Below are positions 1 through 9,589 of a DNA stretch of 64,000 nt, piece by piece (the first letter of the stretch is position 1; each line of letters begins with the position of its first letter). The DNA lies in contig DATLXL010000023.1 of assembly GCA_035575905.1 (NCBI GenBank), positions 4,617-68,616 on the forward strand, given 5' to 3'. Position numbers and translations under genes: made by a program. This DNA comes from Bradyrhizobium sp. (GTDB taxonomy: Bacteria; Pseudomonadota; Alphaproteobacteria; Rhizobiales; Xanthobacteraceae). A model generated the notes under the pieces. The model saw only the letters and a list, made by a program, of their open reading frames with translations. It was not told the DNA's origin and ran no database searches.

Positions 1-1333
1 CGACGGCGTGAAATGGGCCAAGCCCGCATCGGGGCCAAACCGCTTCAAGACGCCGACCACTGTCGCTTCCGTGCTGCAGCCCGGCGACGTCGTCTATGTC
101 GACCCGCTGTTCGGCAAGGACGGCAATCCGGTCGAGGGGCAATACCGCCTGCGCCAGCTGCCGGAAGTCTCCGGCGCCATGGTGGTGATGGACCCCTGGA
201 CCGGCCGCGTGCTGGCGATGGTCGGCGGCTTCTCGTTCGACCAGAGCCAGTTCAACCGCGCCACCCAGGCCTACCGGCAGCCCGGCTCGTCGTTCAAGCC
301 GCTGGTCTATTCCTCGGCGCTGGACAATGGCTACACGCCGTCCACCGTCGTGGTCGACGCGCCGATCGAAATCGATCAGGGGCAGGGCGCCGGCGTGTGG
401 CGTCCGGAAAACTATTCGACCGGCAAGTACTATGGCCCGGTAACGCTGCGCGTCGCCCTGCAGCGCTCGCTCAACACCGTGACGGTGCGCCTTGCGCAGG
501 ACATCGGCATGCCCCTGATCGGCGAATACGCCAAGCGCTTCGGCGTCTATGACGAATTGCCGAACTACCTGTCCTATGCGCTTGGCGCCGGCGAAACCAC
601 GGTCATGCGCATGGTCACGGCCTATTCGATGTTCGCCAACGGCGGACGGCGCGTGAAGTCGACCCTGATCGACCGCATCCAGGACCGCTACGGCCACACC
701 ATCTTCAAGCACGACCAGCGCGAATGCCGCGGCTGCGAAGCGCCGGGCGGCTGGAAGAATCAGAACGAGCCGGCACTGGTCGACCGCCGCGAGCAGGTGA
801 TCGACGCCATGACAGCCTATCAGATCACCTCGATGATGGAGGGCGTGGTTCAGGGCGGCACGGCGACCATCCTCAAGGAGGTCGGCAAGCCGATCGCCGG
901 CAAGACCGGCACCACCAACGACGAAAAGGACGCCTGGTTCATCGGCTTCTCGCCTGATGTCGCGGTCGGCGTCTATATCGGCTACGACAAGCCGCGCCAC
1001 CTCGGCAAGGGTGCGACCGGCGGCCATCTGGCTGCGCCGATCGTGAAGGACTTCTTCAAGCTCGCGCTCGCCGACAAGCCGCCGATCCCGTTCAAGGTCC
1101 CTGCCGGCATCAAGCTGGTGCGCGTCGACGCCAAGAGCGGCACGCGCGCCGGCTCCTATGACGGCCGCGGCACCATCCTCGAGGCCTTCAAGCCCGGCAC
1201 CGCACCGCCGGATAATTATGCCGCGATTGGCGTCGAAGGCGAAGCCGGACCTCCTGGCAGCGGCCCGCGGCCGATGTATGCGCCACCCGATGCCGGCAGC
1301 ATCATGCGCCCGGGTACTGGCGGCCTGTGGTAG
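1..1333 (+). CDS. mrcA: Penicillin-binding protein 1A, C-terminal transpeptidase part (5' end outside the window)
   Basis: ORF is open to the window edge. The 8..1333 translation carries the class A PBP transpeptidase motifs SxxK (GSSFKP), SxN (RSLNT) and KTG (GKTGTTND). Confidence 0.9.
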   Translation, partial: DGVKWAKPASGPNRFKTPTTVASVLQPGDVVYVDPLFGKDGNPVEGQYRLRQLPEVSGAMVVMDPWTGRVLAMVGGFSFDQSQFNRATQAYRQPGSSFKPLVYSSALDNGYTPSTVVVDAPIEIDQGQGAGVWRPENYSTGKYYGPVTLRVALQRSLNTVTVRLAQDIGMPLIGEYAKRFGVYDELPNYLSYALGAGETTVMRMVTAYSMFANGGRRVKSTLIDRIQDRYGHTIFKHDQRECRGCEAPGGWKNQNEPALVDRREQVIDAMTAYQITSMMEGVVQGGTATILKEVGKPIAGKTGTTNDEKDAWFIGFSPDVAVGVYIGYDKPRHLGKGATGGHLAAPIVKDFFKLALADKPPIPFKVPAGIKLVRVDAKSGTRAGSYDGRGTILEAFKPGTAPPDNYAAIGVEGEAGPPGSGPRPMYAPPDAGSIMRPGTGGLW

Positions 1334-1469
1334 CCGCCCGCTGATTCTTTCAAGCTTGGCTTCAAGCCATCGTGACGCGCCACCGTCAATTTAAGCGGGT
1401 AGTCGCTGGTGCCATGTGCTAGAGGTGTGCACGGTATCGCTCGGGCGCACGGTTGGCTTCGGAGTGCAC

Positions 1470-2135
1470 ATGTCGGCGGGGGACGCGGCGGAAGCAGCGC
1501 GGGAGGCCCAGTCAAAGAGGGCCTTTGAGGACGCGGTCAGGGTGATCGTGACGACGTTTGGCGTCTTCACCGGCGCGGTCATCAAGTCGGCGATCGAGAA
1601 AATCGAATTTCCCGAATCGTCGTCGCTGCTGGCCATCTTTCATATACTGACCAACTGGCACCTGTACATTTGTCTGGCGACGGTAGCGCTGCTGTTGCGC
1701 TTCATCATTGGCAGCGCGGTTCACTTGAACCTCTGCTACGTGGTCGAACCGCGATCGAAAATGCCCGTCATGCTCTTCAAGGATATCGCCTTCCTGATCG
1801 TGTTCGGGCTTATTGCGGTTTCGATGGTCAATGCAGCCGGCGTCAAGGCAACCGACGCCTCGGGGTTCGCCACCCGTGCGGCGTGGTTTATCGCCGCTGG
1901 AATATTGTGGTCAATTGTCGACGGGGTGGGGCGAATGGGACGCGACGGCGCGGAAAAGACGCTGGCTTCCCCCTGGTGGATAACGATCGACGTCTTCCAG
2001 CTCGTCCTGGGCGTCGGCGTGTTCCTTGTGACCAAGGACCCGCTATGGCAGTCGATGGCACTCGCGTTGATATTTTGGGTTGCGCTGTATCTCGACATGC
2101 GAACGGTGCTCTTGCCGCGCCGGGCCAAGGGTTAG
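1470..2135 (+). CDS. Hypothetical polytopic membrane protein (no family recognised)
   Basis: In-frame ATG at 1470 with GGAG about 8 nt upstream inside ORF 1416..2135. Several hydrophobic helices (e.g. LYICLATVALLLRFIIGSAV, IAFLIVFGLIAVSMV). Visibly AT-richer than its neighbours. Confidence 0.5.
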   Translation: MSAGDAAEAAREAQSKRAFEDAVRVIVTTFGVFTGAVIKSAIEKIEFPESSSLLAIFHILTNWHLYICLATVALLLRFIIGSAVHLNLCYVVEPRSKMPVMLFKDIAFLIVFGLIAVSMVNAAGVKATDASGFATRAAWFIAAGILWSIVDGVGRMGRDGAEKTLASPWWITIDVFQLVLGVGVFLVTKDPLWQSMALALIFWVALYLDMRTVLLPRRAKG

Positions 2136-2228
2136 GCGCGCCCCGCGGCAGGGGCCGGTCGCAGTTGCGCCGCGGCGGCTTAGCCGCTACATCCCGCGGG
2201 AACATCTTGCAAAGCCGCCGGAACAATC

Positions 2229-3360
2229 ATGCGCGCCGAAATCGAACGTCTTATCGAAGAGATCAAGCAGTCAGTCGGGCTGCTGAGGAGGCATCTTTGA
2301 CGTCGAGCAATCGACGGCACGCCTCGCTGAGCTGAACAAGCTTGCCGAAGACCCCAATCTCTGGAACGACCCCCAGAAAGCCCAGCGGCTGATGCAGGAG
2401 CGCACCTCGCTGGAGGACGCGCTTTCCGGCATCGGCAAGGTCGAGCGCGAGCTGCAGGACAATATCGACATGATCGCGCTCGGCGAGGAGGAGGACGACG
2501 CGGGTGTCGTCGCCGAGGCCGAGAACGCGCTGAAGGAACTGAAGAAGGAAGTCGCCCGGCGCGAGCTGGAGGCGCTGCTGTCGGGCGAGGCCGACAAGTT
2601 CGATTCCTACCTCGAAGTTCACGCCGGCGCGGGCGGGACCGAGAGCCAGGACTGGGCGCAGATGCTGCTGCGCATGTACACGCGATGGGCGGAAAAGCAC
2701 GGCTTCAAGGTCGAGTTTCTCGAGGAGTCGCAGGGTGAAGAAGCCGGCATCAAGTCGGCGACCATCCAGATCAGTGGCCACAACGCCTATGGCTGGTTGA
2801 AGACGGAGGCCGGCGTGCATCGCCTGGTGCGCATCTCGCCGTTCGATTCCAACGCGCGGCGGCACACTTCGTTTTCCTCGGTGCAGATCTTCCCCGTCAT
2901 CGACGACTCCATCAAGATCGAGATCAAGGAGTCGGACGTGCGCACCGACACCATGCGCTCGGGCGGCGCCGGCGGCCAGCACGTCAACAAGACGGAGTCG
3001 GCCGTGCGCCTGACGCACATCCCGACCGGCATTGCGGTGGTCTGCCAGGCCGGCCGCTCGCAGCACAAGAACCGCGCCCAGGCCTGGGACATGCTGCGCG
3101 CGCGGCTGTACGAGATCGAGCTGAAGAAGCGCGAGGAGCAGGCCGCCGCCGACCAGGCCGCCAAGACCGACATCGGCTGGGGCCACCAGATCCGCTCCTA
3201 CGTGCTGCAGCCCTATCAGATGGTCAAGGACCTGCGCACGGGCGTGCAGACCTCGGATACCTCGGGCGTGCTCGATGGCGATCTCGACGAGTTCATGGCC
3301 GCGACCTTGGCGCAGCGCGCCTTCGGCACCGGGCCCGGCACCGTCGAGGACGTGGACTGA
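2229..3360 (+). CDS. prfB: Peptide chain release factor 2, made by programmed +1 frameshift (2229..2297 joined to 2299..3360)
   Basis: Frame 0 reads ATG(2229) [23 protein letters not shown] then TGA at 2298-2300. Frame +1 continues [15 protein letters not shown] into ORF 2392..3360. SPF tripeptide (RISPFDS) and GGQ ([17 protein letters not shown]) are present. Confidence 0.93.
2285..2301 (+). promoter_or_regulatory. prfB: prfB autoregulatory +1 frameshift site: SD-like GAGGAGG, then CTT TGA C
   Basis: GAGGAGG at 2285-2291, 3 nt, CTT (2295-2297), in-frame TGA (2298-2300), C at 2301. This is the classic RF2 slippery-site architecture. Confidence 0.85.
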
Positions 3361-3363
3361 CCG

Positions 3364-4233
3364 ATGCAGCGCGTGGCCTTCATCGGGTTGGGACGGATGG
3401 GCCATGGCATGGCCGGCCGCTATCTCGATGCGGGCTTCGAAGTTGCCGTATGGAATCGCAGCAGGGCCAAGGCGGACGACCTGATCGCGCGCGGGGCGCG
3501 CTGGGCGGCCTCGCCGAGCGATGCCGCTGACGGCGCCGATGCCGTCGTGACGATGGTGGCAGACGACGAGGCCTCGCGCGCGGTGTGGCTAGGCAAGGAT
3601 GGCGCCGCCGCAGGCATGAAAGCCGGCGCGCTCGCGGTCGAATGCTCGACGGTGTCGCATCGCCATGCGCTGGATATGGCGCAGGAGCTGCGCTCCCGCG
3701 GCCTGATCTACATCGATTGTCCCGTCACCGGCCTGCCGGAAGCGGCGGCGGCCGGAAAACTGACGCTGCTGGCCGGCGCCGAGCCGGCCGATCTGGAACG
3801 GGCGAGGCCGTTTCTCGCACCGCTCTGCACCACCATCCGCCATTTCGGCGCGGTCGGGTCGGGCACCGTTTTCAAGCTGATCAACAATCTGATAGGCGCG
3901 GTGCAGATCGCAAGCCTTGCCGAAGGCGTGGCCATTGCCGAACGCGCCGGGCTCGACATGAAGCTGGTGGCCGAAGCGCTTTCCACCGGTGCCGTCGCAA
4001 GCCCGCAGGTAGTCCGGCATTCCAAGCGGATGGTTGCGCGCGATTTCTCCGGCGCCTCCTTCACGGCCGCGCTACGCCACAAGGATGCGGCCTATGCGGT
4101 GCGCCTCGCCGAGGAGCTGCTGCCTGGCGTGCCCGTCAGCCGCGCCGCGCTTGCGGCCTACGAGAGGGCGAAGGCCAGCGCGCCGGACGACGACGAAGGC
4201 AGGATGATCGAGATCGTCTCGCGGCCAAAATGA
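3364..4233 (+). CDS. NAD(P)-dependent beta-hydroxyacid dehydrogenase (3-hydroxyisobutyrate / 6-phosphogluconate dehydrogenase-like)
   Basis: N-terminal Rossmann motif VAFIGLGRMGHGMAGRYL and family-typical length (289 aa). Starts 3 nt after the prfB stop. Confidence 0.85.
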   Translation: MQRVAFIGLGRMGHGMAGRYLDAGFEVAVWNRSRAKADDLIARGARWAASPSDAADGADAVVTMVADDEASRAVWLGKDGAAAGMKAGALAVECSTVSHRHALDMAQELRSRGLIYIDCPVTGLPEAAAAGKLTLLAGAEPADLERARPFLAPLCTTIRHFGAVGSGTVFKLINNLIGAVQIASLAEGVAIAERAGLDMKLVAEALSTGAVASPQVVRHSKRMVARDFSGASFTAALRHKDAAYAVRLAEELLPGVPVSRAALAAYERAKASAPDDDEGRMIEIVSRPK

Positions 4234-4304
4234 TCTGCAGAAATCGGGTGGACGGCGGCTCTCGCGCGGTCTAGCCGTTTGCGCGATTTCACGGGTCTTC
4301 GGTA

Positions 4305-5228
4305 ATGACAGTCAGCGACGGCCGGATTGATGCGCGCGACTGGTTGCTACTCGCAATTTTATCGGTGTTGTGGGGCGGCTCGTTTTTCTTTAATGGCGTG
4401 GTGCTGCGCGAGTTGCCGCCGTTCACGCTGGTGCTGCTGCGTGTGGCTCTCGCCGCGCTGCTCCTGTTGCCACTGCTCTACACCCGGCGGCTGGCATTTC
4501 CGAAAGATTGGACCGGCTGGTGGCCGTATTTCTTCCTCGCCCTGTTCAACAATGTGCTGCCGTTCTCGCTGATCGTCATCGGCCAAACCTATTTGCCGAG
4601 CGGACTGGCCGCGATCCTCAACGCCACTACGCCGCTGTTCACAGTGCTGGTGATGGCCGCAGCAGGCGAGGAGAAGCTCATTGTCCGACGTGTGGCCGGC
4701 GTGATCGTCGGCCTGATCGGCGTAATCGTCCTTCGCGGTGGCGGGCTTGGTTTGGAGAGCGGGCAGGGGCTTGGCATCCTGCTCTGTCTCGGAGCCGCGC
4801 TGAGTTACGGTATCTCGGCGCTGATCGCGCGGCGCGGCCTTGCCGGTTCTCCGCCGCTCGCAACAGCGACGTTTCAACTGATGGCAGCGAGCCTGATGAT
4901 GGCCGTCGTCGCCGGCATAGTTGAGCGGCCGTGGCAGTTGCCAGTGCCGGGCATGGCGACGTGGCTCGCCGTGTTTGGCCTTGCCGCGCTGTCGACGGCG
5001 CTCGCGTATATCGTATTCTTCCAGATCCTGCGCCGCTCCGGCGCCACCAATGTCATGCTCGTGACGCTACTGATTCCGGTCACTGCCATCCTGTTGGGAG
5101 CTTTCGTGCTCGGCGAGCATGTCTCGTTGTGGGAGATTGTCGGCGCCTTTGTGATCGGCAGTGCGCTGCTGTTGATCGATGGCCGCGCGCTGAAATTGTT
5201 ATCGCGCAAGGCGCCGAAGAATAAATGA
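4305..5228 (+). CDS. DMT superfamily transporter (EamA-like)
   Basis: 307 aa with about 10 hydrophobic helices and the two-fold EamA-type repeat organisation (LLAILSVLWGGSFFF ...). Confidence 0.85.
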   Translation: MTVSDGRIDARDWLLLAILSVLWGGSFFFNGVVLRELPPFTLVLLRVALAALLLLPLLYTRRLAFPKDWTGWWPYFFLALFNNVLPFSLIVIGQTYLPSGLAAILNATTPLFTVLVMAAAGEEKLIVRRVAGVIVGLIGVIVLRGGGLGLESGQGLGILLCLGAALSYGISALIARRGLAGSPPLATATFQLMAASLMMAVVAGIVERPWQLPVPGMATWLAVFGLAALSTALAYIVFFQILRRSGATNVMLVTLLIPVTAILLGAFVLGEHVSLWEIVGAFVIGSALLLIDGRALKLLSRKAPKNK

Positions 5229-5229
5229 G

Positions 5230-5418
5230 CTAGCGATCTGACCGCTGCCTGCGATCGTTCTCCTCGGCGGCTAGTCGCGCACGCTCTCGCAACGGCGCGA
5301 TTCGACGCCAAATTATCGCTGTGCCGATCCAGGCGATGAATACCGCAAGACCAATCGCCGCTACCGCCGGGGTTACCATCGCTATTGCTCTGCCGATGGA
5401 CGAGGACAATAACTCCAT
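5230..5418 (-). CDS. Possible small single-pass membrane protein (62 aa)
   Basis: ATG at 5418 lies 4 nt after the carbamoyltransferase stop. One TM helix (VTPAVAAIGLAVFIAWIGTAIIW) and a charged tail. Many A/T-ending codons, atypical for this genome, so it may not be coding. Confidence 0.25.
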   Translation of the reverse strand: MELLSSSIGRAIAMVTPAVAAIGLAVFIAWIGTAIIWRRIAPLRERARLAAEENDRRQRSDR

Positions 5419-5422
5419 ATCG

Positions 5423-7489
5423 CTAACTCGCCCGCGCCTTGCGCCAGTCGGCGAGCCAGCCCGTAAACCGTCCGCTGTCGCGCTCGCCGCCATGCCAGGC
5501 GGCGTGCACGGTGCCGTCATCGGCGACCATCAGCACGGCATCGAGGCCTTTTGAGCGGCGCAGCGTGTCGATCGCCTGCTGCGGCGTCTGCGCGATCGGG
5601 CCGGCGACGTTGAACGACGTGTTGACGGACATCTCGACGCCGACGCGGCGGCCCATCGCCTTCAGATAAGCGTAGGTGAGGGGATCGTCGGCCTCGCGCA
5701 CGATCTGGATGCGGCCGGTACCGTCGGCATGGACGACGGCGGGAATTTTCTCGCGTGCACCGGGTTTGGCGTGCGCGGTCAGCACCATGTAATTGTAGGC
5801 GTTGTAGTCGGCGTCCGACGCGCCCGGCAGCAGCTCGAAATATTGCCGGGCGGCTTCGAGCGTCGCCATCGGCGCCAGCGGACGGATCGCCTCGCGGTAT
5901 TTCACGCGCTCGTTCAGCCGTTCGCGCGCGGCGGGATCGCAGGGGTTGGCCAGGATGGAGCGGTGGCCGAGCGCACGCGGGCCGGTTTCGGCCGCGCCCT
6001 GGTAGATCGCGACGATGCCGCTTTGCGAGACCATGTACGCCAGCAGGTCGGCGATGGCGGCAAGCCCGTCCGCCGTCGAGATATCGCCGATGCGCTCGGA
6101 GGCGACGTCGTCGGCCTGCAGCGCAGCCGCAATCTCGGCCTGCTTCGGCGGCGCGCCGCAATAGAAGGCGTGCGTCATCGGCGCGCCGCGCGGGCTGCCG
6201 GCCAGATGCGCGAATTGCCAGGCCGCGCCGATGACGACGCCGGGATCGCCCGGCACCGGGGGCACCCACAGATGCAGCCTTGCCTTGCGGCCCTGGTTGT
6301 TCTCGAACCACGCCTCGTCAAAATGTTCGAGCAGGCGCATGTTGCCGACGGCGTTGAGCGCGACGCCGCCCGTCAGCACCAGGCGGTGCGCGCCGGTCCT
6401 GCGCAGCAGATGATCGACGACATGGATCATCGCGTCTTCCAGCACGAGCTGCGTCGCCGCGGCCTTGTCGAGACGGTCCTGGGTGTCGGGGCGATGCGTG
6501 ATGTCCTCGACGCGCAGCACGGCATCCGGATTCCACAATTGCTCGGGTTTCAGAGGCTCGCCGAGGATGTCGATCAACGGCCGCTTGTAGGGCTTGAACG
6601 AGGGATCGTAGTACCAGTTCGCCATGGCGCGGTTGAGCGAGATCTCGCCGTCCTTGCCGAGATGCAGGACGTCCTTCAGCCGCGCATAATAGGGATTGCT
6701 GCTGCGGTTCATGTCGCCCCAGGCGGCGGCGCCCATGTAGCGGCCCTCGCTGGAGAGCCAGGTCCAGCCGCCCTGCGTCGAGGACACCACGCTGTAATAC
6801 ATGCCGAGCGAATCGAACATGCTGTTGTTGCAGTAGAGCAGGCGCATCGCGCCGCCACCCGCCGAGTAGAGCGAGACCGAGCCGACGTCGCCGGTGCCGT
6901 CGAGCACGGCGACCGCGACCGGCTCGCCGTCATCGGCAAAGGGCGAGGCGGCATACGAGAACCAGGCGTGGTTGCCATGATGCGGCATGCAGATCAGTTG
7001 AGCGCGTTCGGGCAGACCCAGCTGGCGCGCCAGGATCTTGGGCGAGCGCCTCATCTGGTCGAGCCGCCGGCGATCGAATGCCGTGGCATCGGCCACGCGC
7101 ATCAGCATCAGGCTTTGCGGCATCTCTTCGAAGATGCTGCGCGCCAGCATGCCCGCCAGCGCGAAATAGTCCCAGCTGGTCAGCCACGCGTCGATGTCGG
7201 CGATATCGCGCCCCATTTCGCGCAGCGTCGCCACCATCGCGTCGATCGATTTCTCCGGATATTCCGTGGTGTGCTTGTTGCCGGAAAAGCGCTCTTCCTC
7301 GTTGTTGAGGATCAGCCGTGGGCCGTTCGCCTGCGTCACTTCGACGAGGGCGACGCCGGCATTGTGCGTGCCGGGCAGGCCGATGCCGGCGAGGTACACC
7401 GTCTCGCCGCGTGCGAGTTTGTTCCGGAGGTGCGCGATGCGCGCATTGGCAAAGTCGGAACCGAGCTCGTGGAAGCCGACCCTGCCCAT
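5423..7489 (-). CDS. NodU/CmcH-family carbamoyltransferase
   Basis: Long ORF 5423..7777. The family-like sequence starts near the internal ATG at 7489 (MGRVGFHELG...VYLAGIGLPGTHNAGVALVEV). The upstream 96 codons look non-protein-like. Start is uncertain. Confidence 0.82.
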   Translation of the reverse strand: MGRVGFHELGSDFANARIAHLRNKLARGETVYLAGIGLPGTHNAGVALVEVTQANGPRLILNNEEERFSGNKHTTEYPEKSIDAMVATLREMGRDIADIDAWLTSWDYFALAGMLARSIFEEMPQSLMLMRVADATAFDRRRLDQMRRSPKILARQLGLPERAQLICMPHHGNHAWFSYAASPFADDGEPVAVAVLDGTGDVGSVSLYSAGGGAMRLLYCNNSMFDSLGMYYSVVSSTQGGWTWLSSEGRYMGAAAWGDMNRSSNPYYARLKDVLHLGKDGEISLNRAMANWYYDPSFKPYKRPLIDILGEPLKPEQLWNPDAVLRVEDITHRPDTQDRLDKAAATQLVLEDAMIHVVDHLLRRTGAHRLVLTGGVALNAVGNMRLLEHFDEAWFENNQGRKARLHLWVPPVPGDPGVVIGAAWQFAHLAGSPRGAPMTHAFYCGAPPKQAEIAAALQADDVASERIGDISTADGLAAIADLLAYMVSQSGIVAIYQGAAETGPRALGHRSILANPCDPAARERLNERVKYREAIRPLAPMATLEAARQYFELLPGASDADYNAYNYMVLTAHAKPGAREKIPAVVHADGTGRIQIVREADDPLTYAYLKAMGRRVGVEMSVNTSFNVAGPIAQTPQQAIDTLRRSKGLDAVLMVADDGTVHAAWHGGERDSGRFTGWLADWRKARAS

Positions 7490-7722
7490 CGTCCTGCGCG
7501 CGACCCAGCGCGCGAGGCGAGACGCCGCGGCGCCCAGCCGGGGATAGCGCGGTCCGACACGTAGCTTCTGTACTTGCAAGCAATGCCTCAGGGAGCCTTC
7601 GTCAGTTCCGCATAAACACCATATCTGGCCGTCTGCAACAACTCGTTTCGTCACGCGGAATATGTGCATTGTTGCCAGCGCTTGCACGGCTTGCCACACT
7701 GCCAAAAAACAACCAGGAGGAA

Positions 7723-8949
7723 ATGATGCTGCTGCGCCGGATGAGCCTTGCTGTCTTCGTATCTCTGGTCTGCGCAACGACGATGGTCAGCACCGCAAGC
7801 GCGCAGAAAAAATACGATCCCGGCGCCAGCGATACCGAGATCAGGATCGGCAACATCATGCCGTATAGCGGGCCGGCGTCCGCCTATGGCACCATCGGCA
7901 GGGCACAGGCGGCCTACTTCAGCAAGATCAATGACGAAGGCGGCATCAACGGCCGCAAGATCGATTTCATCACTTACGACGATGCCTATTCGCCGCCGAA
8001 GGCGGTCGAGCAGGCGCGCAAGCTGGTGGAGAGCGACGAGGTCTTGCTGCTGTTCCAGCCGCTCGGCACGCCGTCGAACTCGGCGATCCAGAAATACATG
8101 AATTCCAGAAAGGTGCCGCAGCTGTTCGTCGCCACCGGCGCTACCAAATGGGGCGATCCGCAGAATTTCCCGTGGACCATGGGCTGGCAGCCGAACTACC
8201 AGAGCGAGGGCCGCATCTACGCCGCCTACATCAAGAAGAATTTCCCGAACGGCAAGATCGCCGCGATCTGGCAGAACGACGACGCCGGGCGCGACCAGAT
8301 GAAGGGATTGCGCGACGGCCTCGGCGACAAGGCCGGCATGATCATCGCGGACAAGTCCTATGAAGTCGGCGATCCCACCGTCGACTCGCAGATCGTGGCG
8401 CTGAAGGACTCCGGCGCCGACATCTTCATGACCTGGGCCTCGCCGAAGGGCGCCGCACAGGCGATCCGCAAGGTCGCCGAGATCGGCTGGAAGCCGGTCT
8501 ATTTCGTCGGCAACGTCTCGACTTCGGTCGCGACCGTGCTCAAGCCAGCGGGGCTGGAGAATTCCAAGGGCATCATCTCGACCGCCTACATCAAGGATCC
8601 GACCGATCCGACCTGGAAGGACGATGCCGGCATCAAGGCCTGGGCGGCGTTCATGGACAAGTATTATCCCGAAGGGGACAAGACCAATAACAACAACGTC
8701 TATGGCTACGCGACCGCGCAGACCATGGTGCAGGTCCTGAAGCAATGCGGTGACGATCTCACGCGCGAGAACGTGATGCGGCAGGCCGCCAGCCTGAAGA
8801 ATTTCGCTAGCGACGTGCTGCTGCCGGGCATCCTGATCAACACCAGCCCGACCGACTTCTTTCCGATCGAGCAGATGCAGCTGATGCGCTTCAACGGCGA
8901 GAGCTGGGAGCTGTTCGGCGAGATCATCTCCGGCGAGGTCGGGCACTGA
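7723..8949 (+). CDS. ABC transporter substrate-binding protein, Leu/Ile/Val-binding (LivK-like) family
   Basis: AGGAGG at 7715-7720 precedes ATG 7723. Signal peptide MMLLRRMSLAVFVSLVCATTMVSTASAQ, then a type I periplasmic binding fold (IRIGNIMPYSGPASAYG). No permease or ATPase genes nearby. Confidence 0.88.
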   Translation: MMLLRRMSLAVFVSLVCATTMVSTASAQKKYDPGASDTEIRIGNIMPYSGPASAYGTIGRAQAAYFSKINDEGGINGRKIDFITYDDAYSPPKAVEQARKLVESDEVLLLFQPLGTPSNSAIQKYMNSRKVPQLFVATGATKWGDPQNFPWTMGWQPNYQSEGRIYAAYIKKNFPNGKIAAIWQNDDAGRDQMKGLRDGLGDKAGMIIADKSYEVGDPTVDSQIVALKDSGADIFMTWASPKGAAQAIRKVAEIGWKPVYFVGNVSTSVATVLKPAGLENSKGIISTAYIKDPTDPTWKDDAGIKAWAAFMDKYYPEGDKTNNNNVYGYATAQTMVQVLKQCGDDLTRENVMRQAASLKNFASDVLLPGILINTSPTDFFPIEQMQLMRFNGESWELFGEIISGEVGH

Positions 8950-8982
8950 GACGTCGCCGCGCAACGCCTCCTTGAACCCGCG

Positions 8983-9432
8983 CTATCCCGGAATGTCCGG
9001 CTCGACGACCAGCGCGAGCTGGGCGAGCGACTGCTGCCAGCCGAGATAGCAGGCTTCGACCGGAATCATCGGCGGCAGGTTGGCCTGCTCGATATTGACC
9101 TCGGTCCCGCAGGATACGGCCTTCAGTTGTACGGTGACTTCGATCACCCCCGGCAGGTTGGGATCGTCGAAGCGATCGGTGTAACGGATGCGCTCGTTGG
9201 GAACGATCTCCAGATACTCGCCGCCGAACGAATGGCCGTTGCCGGTCGAGAAGTTGGTAAACGACATTCTGAATGTGCCGCCGACCTTGGCATCCATGTG
9301 ATGCACCTTGCAGGTGAAGCCGTGGGGCGGCAGCCATTTGGCCATTGCGTCCGCATCGAGAAAGGCGCGAAACACCTTCTCCGGCTTGGTGGCGAAGACG
9401 CGATGCAGGCGGACGGTATTACCTTGTGACAT
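8983..9432 (-). CDS. SRPBCC-superfamily protein (AHSA1 / START-like)
   Basis: 150 aa from the internal ATG 9432 (MSQGNTVRLHRVFATKPEKVFRAFLDADAMAKWL...), typical of Aha1-domain SRPBCC proteins. Confidence 0.8.
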   Translation of the reverse strand: MSQGNTVRLHRVFATKPEKVFRAFLDADAMAKWLPPHGFTCKVHHMDAKVGGTFRMSFTNFSTGNGHSFGGEYLEIVPNERIRYTDRFDDPNLPGVIEVTVQLKAVSCGTEVNIEQANLPPMIPVEACYLGWQQSLAQLALVVEPDIPG

Positions 9433-9589
9433 GACGATGGTTTCTCCATGGCTGAGCGGGGTTATCGCAGGATCAACGCCGCTTCTGCCACCAAGGACGG
9501 CCGACCCTCGCGCAGCCCGACAGCGGGCGGGAAAAATTTCCATCGCCCGCCGCAACGCTGGTTGCGTTTTCGAAATGAGGTGCCGCGCG

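Noticed and set aside
2263-3405. 380-aa ORF antisense to prfB
   Set aside because: Arg/Ala/Gly/Leu-rich and low-complexity. It lies fully opposite a gene with unmistakable RF2 motifs. Long stop-free antisense frames are expected in GC-rich DNA.
5729-7564. 611-aa ORF antisense to the carbamoyltransferase gene
   Set aside because: It has the same GC-rich antisense artefact composition (R/A/G/D-rich) and no recognisable motifs. The opposite strand carries the family-like protein.
9500-9570. Hairpin GCGGGCG...CGCCCGC between the M23 peptidase and SRPBCC genes, as a terminator
   Set aside because: The stem is imperfect and the loop is long. No U tract follows on the transcribed strand, so support is insufficient for a feature call.
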